NCBI GenBank assembly: GCA_963783375.1
Contig: CAWANH010000029.1
Location: forward strand, 1,216,001 to 1,280,000
Length of the DNA stretch: 64,000 bases
Direction of reading: 5' to 3'
Source: Candidatus Eiseniibacteriota bacterium
GTDB lineage: Bacteria > Eisenbacteria > RBG-16-71-46 > JABDJR01
In this document: piece after piece, positions 27,670-37,434 of the stretch
Layout: each line of letters opens with the position of its first letter
Numbering within the stretch: position 1 is the first letter of the stretch
Notes under the pieces: generated by a model
What the model was told of the DNA's origin: nothing
Databases searched by the model: none
The model's input: only the letters and a program-made list of their open reading frames with translations
Made by a program: the position numbers and the translations under genes

Positions 27670-28965
27670 TCAGGCCCCGGCCGGCGCGGCGGGGAGGATC
27701 ATCGTGAACTCCGCCCCCGCCCCCGGCTCGGACCAGGTGAGATCGAGGCGGCCCCGGTGGTACTCCTCCACGATCCGGCGGGAGAGGGGAAGGCCGAGCC
27801 CCCAGCCCCGCTGGCGGGTGCTCACCCCGGGCCGGAAGATCTGGCGCTCCAGGCCGGCGCTCACCCCCCGGCCGTTGTCCCGGACGCTCAACGCGATCCC
27901 CTGGGCGCCGGGAAGCGGGTGCACCCGGACCTCGACCATCCCCGCCTCCTTGTCCGCCGCGTTCAGGGCGTTCTTGAGGAGGTTCTCCAGGACCCAGCCG
28001 ATCAGCTCGTGGTTGAGGGCGGCCTCGGGAAGGCCGGGCTCGATCTCCAGCCGAAGCTCCACCTGCCGGGGGAACCGGCGACGGAAATAGTCCACCGTGC
28101 TCTGAACCACCGGTTCGATCGAACCCCGCTCGAGCCGGGGGTGGGACCCGATCTGGCTGAAACGGGCGGCCACCCGGTTCAGCCGCTCTGCGTCGCGACC
28201 GATCTCCTTCACGATCTCCTCGTAGAGATCGCGGGGCACGATCGCCTCGGTCTCCTCCACCCGGGTCTCGTCCTTCAGCACCTCCATCCACCCCATGAGC
28301 GAGGACAGCGGCGTCCCCATCTGGTGGGCGGTCTCCTTGGCCATCCCCGCCCAGATGAACCCCTGCTCCGCCCGCTTCAGGCTCCGGAGCATGAGGAGCC
28401 CCACGATCCCGAACAGCGCGGCCACCAGGATGGTCACGATGGGGATCAGCCGGAGTTCCTCCACCAGGGGCGTCGGGCCGTAGTGGAGGTAGAGGAGCGG
28501 GATCTGGCTGCCCGGGGTGAACATGGGGACCGGGGCGTGGCGCCGATCCATGTTCCGGGTCTCGGCCAGGACGTGGGCCAGGGGCGGGCTCGGATGCTCG
28601 GGATCCTCGGTCAGGATCTGATCGATGCTCAAGGTCTCGGCCCCCACCCGTTTGTTCCAGGCCAGGGGAAGCCCGTTCACGTCGGTCACCACCACCGGAA
28701 AGTTGAGGGAGCGGATGACCGCCTGGAACTGGTCCTGGGCCAGGGAGTCGGGGGACTCCTTGACCGCCAACGTGGTGAAGGCGATGACGTGGGTGACCAG
28801 GTCGCTCATCGCCTCGGTCTGGTCCTCGACGCGCAACGCGAGGCTATGGAAGTAGAGGAGCAGGGCGACGGCGAGGACCACCGCCCCCACCAGGAGGTAC
28901 ACCCTGAGGAAGACCGGCGGGGACAGGCGGGCGGCGCCGAGGCGCTTCGGCGCGCGGGAACTCAT
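27670..28965 (-). CDS. Membrane sensor histidine kinase
   Basis: Two TMs; H-box WAGMAKETAHQMGTPLSSL; ENLLKNA, DNGRG, GWGLGL; ATGA overlap with the serS stop. Confidence 0.92.
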   Translation of the reverse strand: MSSRAPKRLGAARLSPPVFLRVYLLVGAVVLAVALLLYFHSLALRVEDQTEAMSDLVTHVIAFTTLAVKESPDSLAQDQFQAVIRSLNFPVVVTDVNGLPLAWNKRVGAETLSIDQILTEDPEHPSPPLAHVLAETRNMDRRHAPVPMFTPGSQIPLLYLHYGPTPLVEELRLIPIVTILVAALFGIVGLLMLRSLKRAEQGFIWAGMAKETAHQMGTPLSSLMGWMEVLKDETRVEETEAIVPRDLYEEIVKEIGRDAERLNRVAARFSQIGSHPRLERGSIEPVVQSTVDYFRRRFPRQVELRLEIEPGLPEAALNHELIGWVLENLLKNALNAADKEAGMVEVRVHPLPGAQGIALSVRDNGRGVSAGLERQIFRPGVSTRQRGWGLGLPLSRRIVEEYHRGRLDLTWSEPGAGAEFTMILPAAPAGA

Positions 28966-30233
28966 CCCAGTTCCGCGAGGCCCCCCAGGTAGGGCCGCAG
29001 GGGCTCGGGGACGGCGACCGTGCCCCGTTCGGTCTGGTGGGTTTCGAGAAGCGCGATCATCGTGCGCGGGAGCGCCAGCCCCGACCCGTTCAGGGTGTGG
29101 GGATAGACCGCCTTCCCTCCGCCGGCCGGCTTCATCCGGATCCCCGCCCGGCGGGCCTGGAAGTCCTCGAAGTTGGAGCAGGAAGAGACCTCGAGCCAAC
29201 GGCCGGCCCCGGGGGCCCAGACCTCCAGATCGCAGCACTTGGCCGCGGCGAAGGAGAGGTCGCCGCTGGCCAGAACCACCACCCGGTAGGCCAGGCCCAG
29301 GCGGCGGAGCACCTCCTCGGCGTTCGCGATCAGGATCTCCAGCTCGTCGTAGGAGCGGTCGGGAGAGACGAACCTCACCATCTCGACCTTGTCGAACTGG
29401 TGGATCCGGGTGAGGCCTTTGGTGTCCTTGCCGTAGGAGCCGGCCTCGCGCCGGAAGCAGGGCGAGTAGCCCACGTGGCGGATCGGGAGGTCCTCCTCGC
29501 GAAGGGTGTCCCCGGCGTAGAGGTTGGTGATGCTTACCTCGGCGGTGGGAATCAGGTAGAGCCCGTCCACGTCGGTCCGGTACATGTCCTCGGCCAGCTT
29601 GGGAAGCTGGCCGGTGCCCCGCGCGCTCTCCGGCTTCACCAGGTAGGGCGTCGAGACCTCGGTGTAGCCGTGCTCCGCGGCGTGGAGATCGAGCATGAAC
29701 TGGATGAGCGCCCGCTCCAGCCGGGCCCCCATGCCGGTGAACACCGCGAACCCCGAGCCGCTCATGCGGGTGGCCTTCTCGAAGTCGAAGAGGCCGAGGG
29801 ACGCGCCCAGAACGTCGTGGGGCCGCGCGGGAAAGGGGTGCTCGACCGGCTCGCCCCAGGTGCGAAGGACCTGATTGTGACTCTCGTCCCCCCGGGGCAC
29901 GCTCTCGTGGGGGAGGTTCGGGAACCACTGGGCCAGGTCGGCCATCGCCTCGTCGGTCTCCCGGATCCGGTCGTCGAGGCGGCGGATCTCCTCCCCCATC
30001 TCCCGCACCCGCTCCTGCTGGGCCGAGGCGTTTCCCCCCGCCTTCATGAGCGCCCCGATTTCCTTGCTCGCGGTGTTCCGCGCCGCCTTCAGCTCCTCGA
30101 CCAGGGTTACCCGCTCCCGGCGCTCGGCATCCAGGGCGAGCCAGCGGTCGACGTCGGCGTTCGACTGGTTCTTGGCCCGGGCCGCTTCCTTCACCCGGTC
30201 GGGTTCGTTGCGGATGAGCTTGGGATCGAGCAT
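28962..30233 (-). CDS. serS: Serine--tRNA ligase
   Basis: MLDPKLIR, YLIPTAEV, CFRREAGSYGKD, RIHQFDKVE, EVSSCSNFEDFQARR, HTLNGSGLA. Confidence 0.97.
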   Translation of the reverse strand: MLDPKLIRNEPDRVKEAARAKNQSNADVDRWLALDAERRERVTLVEELKAARNTASKEIGALMKAGGNASAQQERVREMGEEIRRLDDRIRETDEAMADLAQWFPNLPHESVPRGDESHNQVLRTWGEPVEHPFPARPHDVLGASLGLFDFEKATRMSGSGFAVFTGMGARLERALIQFMLDLHAAEHGYTEVSTPYLVKPESARGTGQLPKLAEDMYRTDVDGLYLIPTAEVSITNLYAGDTLREEDLPIRHVGYSPCFRREAGSYGKDTKGLTRIHQFDKVEMVRFVSPDRSYDELEILIANAEEVLRRLGLAYRVVVLASGDLSFAAAKCCDLEVWAPGAGRWLEVSSCSNFEDFQARRAGIRMKPAGGGKAVYPHTLNGSGLALPRTMIALLETHQTERGTVAVPEPLRPYLGGLAELG

Positions 30234-30301
30234 CGGTTCCTCGAAGTGGGTCGGCGTCGTCGGATCCGGATCACCCCCGGGCCCGGTCACGGTGGCCGGC
30301 C

Positions 30302-30330
30302 ACGGTATCACAGGGCCTCCGGAGGGTCAA
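30302..30330 (-). promoter_or_regulatory. Putative serS promoter
   Basis: Minus strand TTGACC (30330-30325), 17 nt, TACCGT preceded by TG. Confidence 0.45.
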
Positions 30331-30354
30331 TTTTGGGCGAGTTCCCGGGGTATG

Positions 30355-30388
30355 AAAAGGCGGGAGGGCCCGTGGGGGCCCCCCCGCC
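30355..30388 (-). terminator. Intrinsic terminator after the lipoprotein gene
   Basis: Long GC stem (GGCGGGG..GCCC / GGGCCCTCCCGCC) with a CCAC loop followed by TTTT. Confidence 0.7.
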
Positions 30389-30489
30389 GCTTGTCGATCT
30401 CCGACCGATCCGGTCCGGCCTTTTCCCGGACCCGCGGCGGCGGCGGGCATCTGCTCCTCCTCGCCGCGCGGTCTCATGATTTGCTCGGG

Positions 30490-31455
30490 CTAGAGTTCCG
30501 GATTCGGGACCGGCTTGAACCGGCCGAAGTCGTCGATGAGCTGGAACGCATAGGTGAACTTGATCCGGTTGAGCGGCACGGTGCCGCCTCCGGTCTTGGC
30601 CACGCTCACGTTCTTGGTGAACTCGGTCACCCGGATCTTCACCCAGTGCCCGTCGAATAGATGGAGGGCGTAGCTGTGGTCGTAGATGACGTCCACGGTC
30701 TGGGCCATGCTTGCGGTGTCGGGCGCCACCGCGGTGTTCCACGCCGTCTCCCCCGCGCCCAGGTCCTTGAACAGGGTCCGGTGCTCCACCGGCCAGGTGA
30801 TCTGGGCAAGCTGGGCCGGGCTCACGAACTGGCTTCCGTTGTCCGTGGAGTTGGGCTTCTCGGCCATGAAGAAGTCGACCTGGTTCTGGTTCGATTGGCT
30901 GGTGGTGTAGTCCAGCCCGGTCCCGTTCGACCGGTCCCAACCGAAGGCGCTGGGGGTGACGGTGAGCAGCGAGAAGTCGAACATGAGGTGGGCGGTGACC
31001 GATCCGTTGTCGCCCTCCGGGCGGGGCGAGGTCAGGAGTTCGTTGGACGCGATGCTCACCCGGTCGTCCTCGCGAACGGTGCGGACGTGGATGTAGTACT
31101 TCCGCCCCTGCGCCAGGGACGCGCCGCTGTGGAGGCGATCCACGGTGAAGCTGCGTCCGGTGACGATGCTGGAGTTGGCCTGGCGCGCCAGGAGGAACCC
31201 GCTGGTGGTGGTGTCGGTCACGCCGGCGATGGACACCGTGTCCACGTAGACGTTGTAGCCCTTGAACCGGCCCGAGGACTCGAAGGGGCTGGCGTTCCAG
31301 GTCAGCATCACCGAGGTGGCGCCGTTCACCATGGTCAGGTTGGTCGGCGGCGCCAGCTCGTCCGAAGGACGGATGGGGTTGTCCTCGCAGCCCAAGGCTG
31401 CGACGGTCATGGCGCCCACGGTGAGTATCAGAAGAAGAGGTTTCAAACCTCGCAT
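30490..31455 (-). CDS. Lipoprotein with a fibronectin type III-like N-terminal domain
   Basis: Lipobox AALGC; APPTNL...VMLTWNAS...GYNVY...YYIHVRTV...SNE FN3 pattern. Confidence 0.75.
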   Translation of the reverse strand: MRGLKPLLLILTVGAMTVAALGCEDNPIRPSDELAPPTNLTMVNGATSVMLTWNASPFESSGRFKGYNVYVDTVSIAGVTDTTTSGFLLARQANSSIVTGRSFTVDRLHSGASLAQGRKYYIHVRTVREDDRVSIASNELLTSPRPEGDNGSVTAHLMFDFSLLTVTPSAFGWDRSNGTGLDYTTSQSNQNQVDFFMAEKPNSTDNGSQFVSPAQLAQITWPVEHRTLFKDLGAGETAWNTAVAPDTASMAQTVDVIYDHSYALHLFDGHWVKIRVTEFTKNVSVAKTGGGTVPLNRIKFTYAFQLIDDFGRFKPVPNPEL

Positions 31456-31710
31456 CGGGGGGACTCCTTTCAGACAGATGATCGATTCGAATCAGAGCAC
31501 TAATGCGATTACGGCTTCGCACTCCCCCGGATGATCAGGGGGTGAATGCGGACTCGGCCCTCCGCAATTGCTGGGTCAACAGGGTCAAGGCTACCAACGG
31601 GTTGGCAAAGGGGCAAGGGGGGCGCCGAGGCCCCGGCGCGGGGGGCACGGCGGCGGGGTCTCCCGGGCGCCCTTCTCCCCCGGACGGGCGGCGGGAGGGT
31701 GGGCCCGGAA

Positions 31711-32812
31711 TCAGGCCACGTCGCGCTCGGTCAGGGGCTCGCTCTTCAGGAACACGGTGAGGAACTTCCGGGAGCGGACCGGAACCCGGGCCAGCATGAC
31801 CCCGAGGCTCGCGTAGAGGCAGACCGCCACCGCCACCAGGGTCCAGGCCACGGGGGGGGCGGAGCCCAGCGCCACCAGCCCGGCCACCCCGCAGAGGGCG
31901 TTCAGCCCGTAGACCGTCCACAGAGCGCGCTTTCCCTGGCCGAACAGCACGTGGAGCCGGTGGGTGCTGTGATCGATCCCCCCCACGTGGATGGGACGGT
32001 GCTCGAGGAACCGGGTCACGGTGACGAAGGTGACGTCGAAGATGGGGTAGGAAAGGATCAGCACCACCGCGGCGGCGCTGGAGCCGAGGCTCAGGAACTC
32101 CGAACCGCCGAGCTGCCAGCCCACCCCGGCCAGGAGCGTCCCGATGAAGAACGCCCCGGCGTCGCCCAGGAAGATGGTGGCGGGGGGAAAGTTGAAGCAG
32201 AGAAAACCCAGGGACGCCCCGCCGCCGGCCAGGGCCAGGGCGGCCAGATCGGGGCGGCCGAGCTTCAGGGCCGCCGCCCCCATGAAGAGCCCCATGATGC
32301 TTCCCACCCCACCCAGGACGCCGTCCATGTTGTCCAGGAGATTGAACGCGTTCAGGAGCCCCACCATCCACAGGATCCCCACCGGCCACAGGAGGAGTCC
32401 TGATCGTGGGGCTGTAGGGCATGACCGGAATCAGGAAGGCGATGGAGATGGCGAGCTGGCCGGCCAGCTTCTGGCTGGGGGAAAGCTCGAACCGGTCGTC
32501 GATCAGCCCCAGCACCAGGGCGGCGGAGGCGAAGAAGAGGGTCATCGGGACCGCGGCCCGGGGAAGGAGCCCCTGCCCCCAGAGGTCCGAAAGGAGCGGA
32601 ACGTGCGGGGTGATGATGACGAAGGCGAGGCCGGCCGAGAGCGCCACCGCGAGGCCCCCCAGGAACGGGGTGGGACGGCGATGGACGCGGTCCTGCCGCG
32701 GATAGTCGATGAACCCGGCGCTCAGGGCCAGGAAACGGCTCAGCGGGGTGAGGATGAGGGCCAGAAGAAATCCGGCGACCAGGGTCGAGCCGTATGTCAG
32801 GGAGAGTTCCAC
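31711..32812 (-). pseudogene. wecA: MraY/WecA-family undecaprenyl-phosphate HexNAc-1-P transferase, split by a frameshift near 32396-32420
   Basis: 5' frame: DYPRQDRVHRRPTPFLGG...LGLIDDRFELSPSQKLAGQ. 3' frame: NAFNLLDNMDG...FNFPPATIFLGDAG...PIFDVTFV...DHSTHRL. The frames differ by 1 nt; true pseudogene or assembly error. Confidence 0.8.
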
Positions 32813-32830
32813 CGCGCCTCCACGGCGATC

Positions 32831-33022
32831 AACGCCACGCTGAAAGCTTGAGAAAGTGTGTTCGTGCCCCCCGAGGGGCCTTGGGACCGATTGCCGCCTT
32901 CCGGTTTTCCGCGGCGGCCTGAATCTCGAGGCCGGGCCTCGTCGTCTATCAGGTACCCAGGTTCAGTTCACACGCTCTCTTTTCTGGCTTTGGGCTGGCG
33001 TTCACCTAGGAGACGAGTCTCC
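32831..33022 (-). ncRNA. Structured ~190-nt 5' leader or ncRNA upstream of the wecA-like gene (family unassigned)
   Basis: Long-range pairings AACGCCA/TGGCGTT, AAAGC/GCTTT, GAGAGcGTGTG/CACACtTTCTC, CCTGGGTACCTGAT/ATCGGTCCCAAGG, plus local hairpins, downstream of a strong promoter. Confidence 0.45.
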
Positions 33023-33034
33023 AAGAATGAGGCG

Positions 33035-33064
33035 ACTATAGGGAGGGGGTGGAAACCCTGTCAA
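33035..33064 (-). promoter_or_regulatory. Strong sigma70 promoter for the leader and wecA
   Basis: Minus strand TTGACA (33064-33059), 18 nt, TATAGT (33040-33035). Confidence 0.75.
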
Positions 33065-33379
33065 GAACGACGGGTTCCGGCCGCCTCCCCGTACCCCTCG
33101 CTTTGAATCATCGGTCAGCGGGAGATTGGGCTTTAGCCCGCACCCGGGGCGCGGCTCCAAACGGATGCGGCACGAGTCGGATCATCCCTCCAGAGGGCTT
33201 GGACGGGCGGCCGGGACGGAAGTTACCCGCCATCGACGAAGCAGCGCTATCTTCAAGGGGAAATTCCGATTGCGGGCCTCTCTCCCCCTTGTTAGCGTTC
33301 CTGTTCGCCGTCGCAGCGTGCGGCGCCCCCGGTCCCGAACCGGCCGGCCCAGCGCCGGTCCTCCACGGAATTCGCGGTC

Positions 33380-34888
33380 ATGAGCCTCGGCCGGAACATC
33401 CTCTGGAACCTCTTCGCGTTCTTCACGGTATCCGTTCTCGTCATCTTCGTGACCCCATTCATGGTGCACCGGATGGGGCTCGACGCCTTCGGGATCTGGA
33501 GCGTCCTCACCGCGGTCACCACCTCGCTCTTCGCGATGGACCTGGGTCTGGCCAACGCCATGATCCGCTACCTGGCCACCGAGCACGAGCGGGGGAACCG
33601 GCAGGCGGTGGAGGGGGTGCTGCGGTCCGGCATCGCCATGCTCTCCGGGATCGGGCTACTCGTCGCGCTGGCGTTCTTCTTCCTGGCCCCCCTCGTGGTC
33701 CGCATCTGGCTGAAGGTCCCCACCGCCCTGACCGCGGAGGCCACCGCGTCCTTCCGGATTACCGCGATCACCGCCTTCCTGATCTTCCCGATCGCCGGCT
33801 TCGCCGCGGTTCCGGTGGCGGTTCGACGATTCGATCTGGTGGCGGCGCGGAACTTGATTCTTTACGGGGTCTTCTACGCGTTGGCGGTGGCTGTTCTGTG
33901 GAGCGGCGGCGGCCTGTTCCAGGTGGCCGAAGCCTACATGGTCGGCACGCTGGCCATGCTGGTGTTCCTCCTGATCATCACGCCGAGGCTTGTTCCCGGC
34001 GTGAGTCTCCTGCCCGGCTGGCACGGAGAGTCGGTTCGGGAACTGGTACGTTTTGGACGCTACCGATTCCCCACCCAGGTCTCCACCAGCCTTCTTCAGC
34101 AGTTCGACCGATTCGCCATCGCCGCAATCCTTCCGGTTGCCCAGGTGTCCTTCTACGCCGTTCCGGCCCGTATCTCCCAGCGCGTGAGCCTGGTGGTGGA
34201 GCAGATCGCCGCCCCCTTCTACCCCGCGGTCACCTCCCACCTCGCCGGGGACCGGGACGCGCAACTCGCGGACCAGTACCGGCACGGCCTCCGGCTCATC
34301 GCCGCGGTGGCGGGGGGCGCGATGGTCGTCCTCGGGGGGTTGGCCCATCCCATCCTCTCGGTCTGGATGGGCCCCGAATTCGGCGCGCTGGGGACCTGGC
34401 CGTTCCGCATTCTCCTGGCCGCCTATGCGGCCGGCGCGCTCTTCCTTCTCCCGTCCATCGCCGCCGAGGCCGCCGGCCGGCCCGCAATCCCCGCCGCCTT
34501 CCTGGTCGCCGGGTGCCTGCTGCACATCCCTCTCGTGCTCGTCCTCACCCCCCGCTTCGGCTTGATCGGGACCGCGACCGGGGTGCTGGCGGGATACCTC
34601 GTTCCCCTGACGCTGGGGGTACGTGAGATCCACCGGCGCATCGGCCGGTTGCCGGGGCTCATCCCGCTGCTTCGGGAGGTGCGCGGGGTGGCGATCGCGA
34701 CGGTGGCGGCGGGAACCGCCACGCTGTTTCTCGCGCGGACCGCCTTTCCGGGCTCGGGAATCCCGCCGCTCCTCGTCTCCATGGCCGCCGCCGGATTCGC
34801 CTATCTCGCCCTTCTCTTCACCTTTCGCGGAATCCGGCCCAGGGACCTCCGCATCCTCGCGGGTCTGGTCACCCGGACCTCCCCCTGA
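33380..34888 (+). CDS. wzx: Polysaccharide flippase (Wzx family)
   Basis: RNILWN, TPFMVHRMGLDAFGIW, DLGLANAMIRY, FDRFAIA...VSFYAVP; about 12-14 TMs. Confidence 0.9.
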   Translation: MSLGRNILWNLFAFFTVSVLVIFVTPFMVHRMGLDAFGIWSVLTAVTTSLFAMDLGLANAMIRYLATEHERGNRQAVEGVLRSGIAMLSGIGLLVALAFFFLAPLVVRIWLKVPTALTAEATASFRITAITAFLIFPIAGFAAVPVAVRRFDLVAARNLILYGVFYALAVAVLWSGGGLFQVAEAYMVGTLAMLVFLLIITPRLVPGVSLLPGWHGESVRELVRFGRYRFPTQVSTSLLQQFDRFAIAAILPVAQVSFYAVPARISQRVSLVVEQIAAPFYPAVTSHLAGDRDAQLADQYRHGLRLIAAVAGGAMVVLGGLAHPILSVWMGPEFGALGTWPFRILLAAYAAGALFLLPSIAAEAAGRPAIPAAFLVAGCLLHIPLVLVLTPRFGLIGTATGVLAGYLVPLTLGVREIHRRIGRLPGLIPLLREVRGVAIATVAAGTATLFLARTAFPGSGIPPLLVSMAAAGFAYLALLFTFRGIRPRDLRILAGLVTRTSP

Positions 34889-34927
34889 GAACCGCGCCGC
34901 CCGGCGCGGAGTCCACCCCCCGGCGCG

Positions 34928-34956
34928 TTGACTTCTCACTCTTCAACTTCTACCCT
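34928..34956 (+). promoter_or_regulatory. Putative sigma70 promoter
   Basis: TTGACT (34928-34933), 17 nt, TACCCT (34951-34956), in an AT-richer patch. Confidence 0.5.
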
Positions 34957-35081
34957 CTGCCGGCCATGGAGATGATAGGGCTCTCCCCCTCCGCGCATGA
35001 ACCGACTCCCCCACCGATCACGGAGTGCCGCGGAGCCGGTCCGGCGGGTCCGCGTCCGGGCTGCGGGGAGGCACGGGCATC

Positions 35082-36242
35082 ATGAGGGACCCGGGCACGG
35101 CGGACGGACCCCTCCGCGTAATTCACGTCGTGCACGGCCTCACCCTCGGTGGCGCCGAGGTGGACCTCTCCCGCAAGATCCGATGGGCGATCCGGCACCG
35201 GGACCATCGTCCGACCGTGGTCTGTCTGATGCGCCGGGGCGTGATGGCTCCCGACTTCGAGGAGGCCGGGGTGCCGGTTCTGGGACCCCTGATGCGCGGG
35301 CGATACGATGTTTCCGCCGCCCGTTCCCTGCTCGGAATTCTCCGGGACGGCCGGTGGGACCTCGTTCACACGCACTTGTTCGAGGCGAGTCTCGTCCTGT
35401 GGCTGGCTACGCTCCCCGCCCACCGCGCGCTCCGGGCCCCCTGGATCGCTTCGGAACACTCGATGGCGGAGGCCTGGGGGGCGGCCGCCCTGCGCCTGGA
35501 TGGACGCTTTCTCCGGACCGCCCGGTGTCTTACCGTGCCCACGGAGGCGGCGCGGGAGAGCTTTGCCGGGCGCGGGCTCCCGCGCGCCGCACTCCGCATC
35601 CTCCCCAATGCGGTGGACGTGGACCGCCTCGAGGCGCTGGACCGGGACACGCTCCGAAAGCAGGTGAGGGCGGAACTCGGCGTGGCAGACAACGACTTCC
35701 TCGTGGGAACGATCTGCCGCCTTCACCCGGTGAAGGCCCTGGACACGCTGATCGCGGCCGCCTCCGATCTCCCCGTCCGCCTGGTCATAGCCGGGGAAGG
35801 TCGGGAACGGGAGCGCCTGGCGGCGCAGATCGATGCCCGGGGCGCCCGGAAGCGCATGTGCCTGCTCGGCCCCCGGTCGGACGCCGAACGGCTCCTGGCC
35901 GGGTTCGACATCTTCTGCCTCCCCTCCCGCTCCGAGTCCTTCGGGCTGGCGGCGGCTGAAGCCATGCTCATGGGGACGCCGGTCGTCGCTTCCCGGACCG
36001 GGGGCATTCCCGAGCTGGCCGGCGACGGCCGATATGCCGTGCTCGTTCCCCCCCACGACCCCCAGGCGCTACGCGACGCGCTGGTCTGGGCGATGGAGAA
36101 CCGGGGGGAACACCGGTCGATGACGCTGGCGGGCCGGGAGTACGTGCGGGCGAGGTGGTCGGTTCCGGTGGCCGCCGAGGCGATGGACCGGCTCTACCGG
36201 GAGTTCATCCGCCCGGGGACCGGCCCTGCGCCCGGCCGCTGA
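35082..36242 (+). CDS. GT4 (GT-B) glycosyltransferase
   Basis: GGAE, LVHTHL, PNAVD, PSRSESFGLAAAEAM (EX7E), GGIPE. Confidence 0.9.
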   Translation: MRDPGTADGPLRVIHVVHGLTLGGAEVDLSRKIRWAIRHRDHRPTVVCLMRRGVMAPDFEEAGVPVLGPLMRGRYDVSAARSLLGILRDGRWDLVHTHLFEASLVLWLATLPAHRALRAPWIASEHSMAEAWGAAALRLDGRFLRTARCLTVPTEAARESFAGRGLPRAALRILPNAVDVDRLEALDRDTLRKQVRAELGVADNDFLVGTICRLHPVKALDTLIAAASDLPVRLVIAGEGRERERLAAQIDARGARKRMCLLGPRSDAERLLAGFDIFCLPSRSESFGLAAAEAMLMGTPVVASRTGGIPELAGDGRYAVLVPPHDPQALRDALVWAMENRGEHRSMTLAGREYVRARWSVPVAAEAMDRLYREFIRPGTGPAPGR

Positions 36243-36255
36243 TTCCCGCCGGAAT

Positions 36256-37434
36256 TCACCCGCCGCGCCGAGTCCCCTTCGAGGCCAGGAGCTCTTCGTA
36301 CAATTTCTCGGTCCGGGTCACCATTCCCTCAAGTCCGAATCGCTCCGTGGCGATCCGCCGGGCCGCCGTTCCCAGGACGCGGCGCCGCTCCGGACTCTCG
36401 ATGAGAGCGGCCGCGGCCTCGGCCAACGCGCTCCAATCCCCGGGCGGAACCAGTCGACCGGTGACCTCGTCCCGCACCACCTCGACCACCCCGTCCGCCG
36501 GTGTGCTCACCACGGGCTTTCCGAGCGCCATGGCTTCCACGACCACCCGGGGCAGCCCCTCGTAGCGTGAGGAGAGGAGGAAGACGTCCATCGCGGCAAC
36601 GACCCGGGGGACGTCCTGCCTCAGCCCCACCAGGTGCAGATGGGGGTGCCGCATGAACGGCCCGAATCGGTCTTCCATGTCGCCGCGCAGGGGGCCGTCG
36701 CCGACGTAGATGAAATGACTGTTCGGGAGCCTCTCCAGAAGGGCGCGCGCGGCCGCCAGCATGACCTCGGGAGCCTTCTGATAGGCGAAGCGCCCGACGG
36801 TGCCTGCGACCGGCGCGCCGGCGGGAATGCCGAGTTCGTCCTTCACGCCGTCTCCCCGTACCCGGTCGGGGTCGAACTCGTCCAGGGGGATTGCGCTCTC
36901 GATGAGCGCGTACTGCTCGGGACGCCCCACTCCCGCGGCCAGGCCCTTCTCGCGGTCCTTCTCCGCCACCACCACGATCCGGTCCGTGAATCGCGCCGCC
37001 CACCGTTCCGAACCGATGATGAAGCGATTCATGACCCCTCCGCGGGCGGAGGTCCACTGCCAACCATGGGCCGTGTGGATGATGACCGGGACCCCGGCCT
37101 CACGGGCGGCGTGGCGGACGAGGATTCCCGCTTTGGAGACGTTGGTGTGGACGATATCGTACGGCTCACGCCGCAAGTGGTCCCGGAGGGCCAGGTAGGC
37201 CCTGAAGTCGTTCCAGGGCCGGATCTCCCGGCGAAGGGAACCGATGACCGTGGTGGGGACCCCGGCCCGCCGGGCCGCGGAGAGCAAATCGCCCTCGGGG
37301 CCGAGTTCGGGGCCGGTGAGGAGTTGGACGTCGTACCGCTCCCGATCCAGGAGCCGACAAAGGTAGAGGACGTGAACCTGGGCCCCGCCAAGGATCATGC
37401 GGGTGATGGCCTGAAGGACGCGAATACGACTCAT
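36256..37434 (-). CDS. GT4 glycosyltransferase
   Basis: ITRMILGGAQ, IVHTNVSKAG, HTAHGW, SRYEGLPRVVVEAMA. Confidence 0.92.
   Translation of the reverse strand: MSRIRVLQAITRMILGGAQVHVLYLCRLLDRERYDVQLLTGPELGPEGDLLSAARRAGVPTTVIGSLRREIRPWNDFRAYLALRDHLRREPYDIVHTNVSKAGILVRHAAREAGVPVIIHTAHGWQWTSARGGVMNRFIIGSERWAARFTDRIVVVAEKDREKGLAAGVGRPEQYALIESAIPLDEFDPDRVRGDGVKDELGIPAGAPVAGTVGRFAYQKAPEVMLAAARALLERLPNSHFIYVGDGPLRGDMEDRFGPFMRHPHLHLVGLRQDVPRVVAAMDVFLLSSRYEGLPRVVVEAMALGKPVVSTPADGVVEVVRDEVTGRLVPPGDWSALAEAAAALIESPERRRVLGTAARRIATERFGLEGMVTRTEKLYEELLASKGTRRGG

Noticed and set aside
32900-32976. glmS ribozyme (minus strand AGCGTGTGAACT...GACGAGG...TCGAGATTC)
   Set aside because: Superficial motif similarity only: the AGCGCC cleavage-site motif, the P1 partner strand and the TCGGCGG element are missing, and the downstream gene is not glmS.
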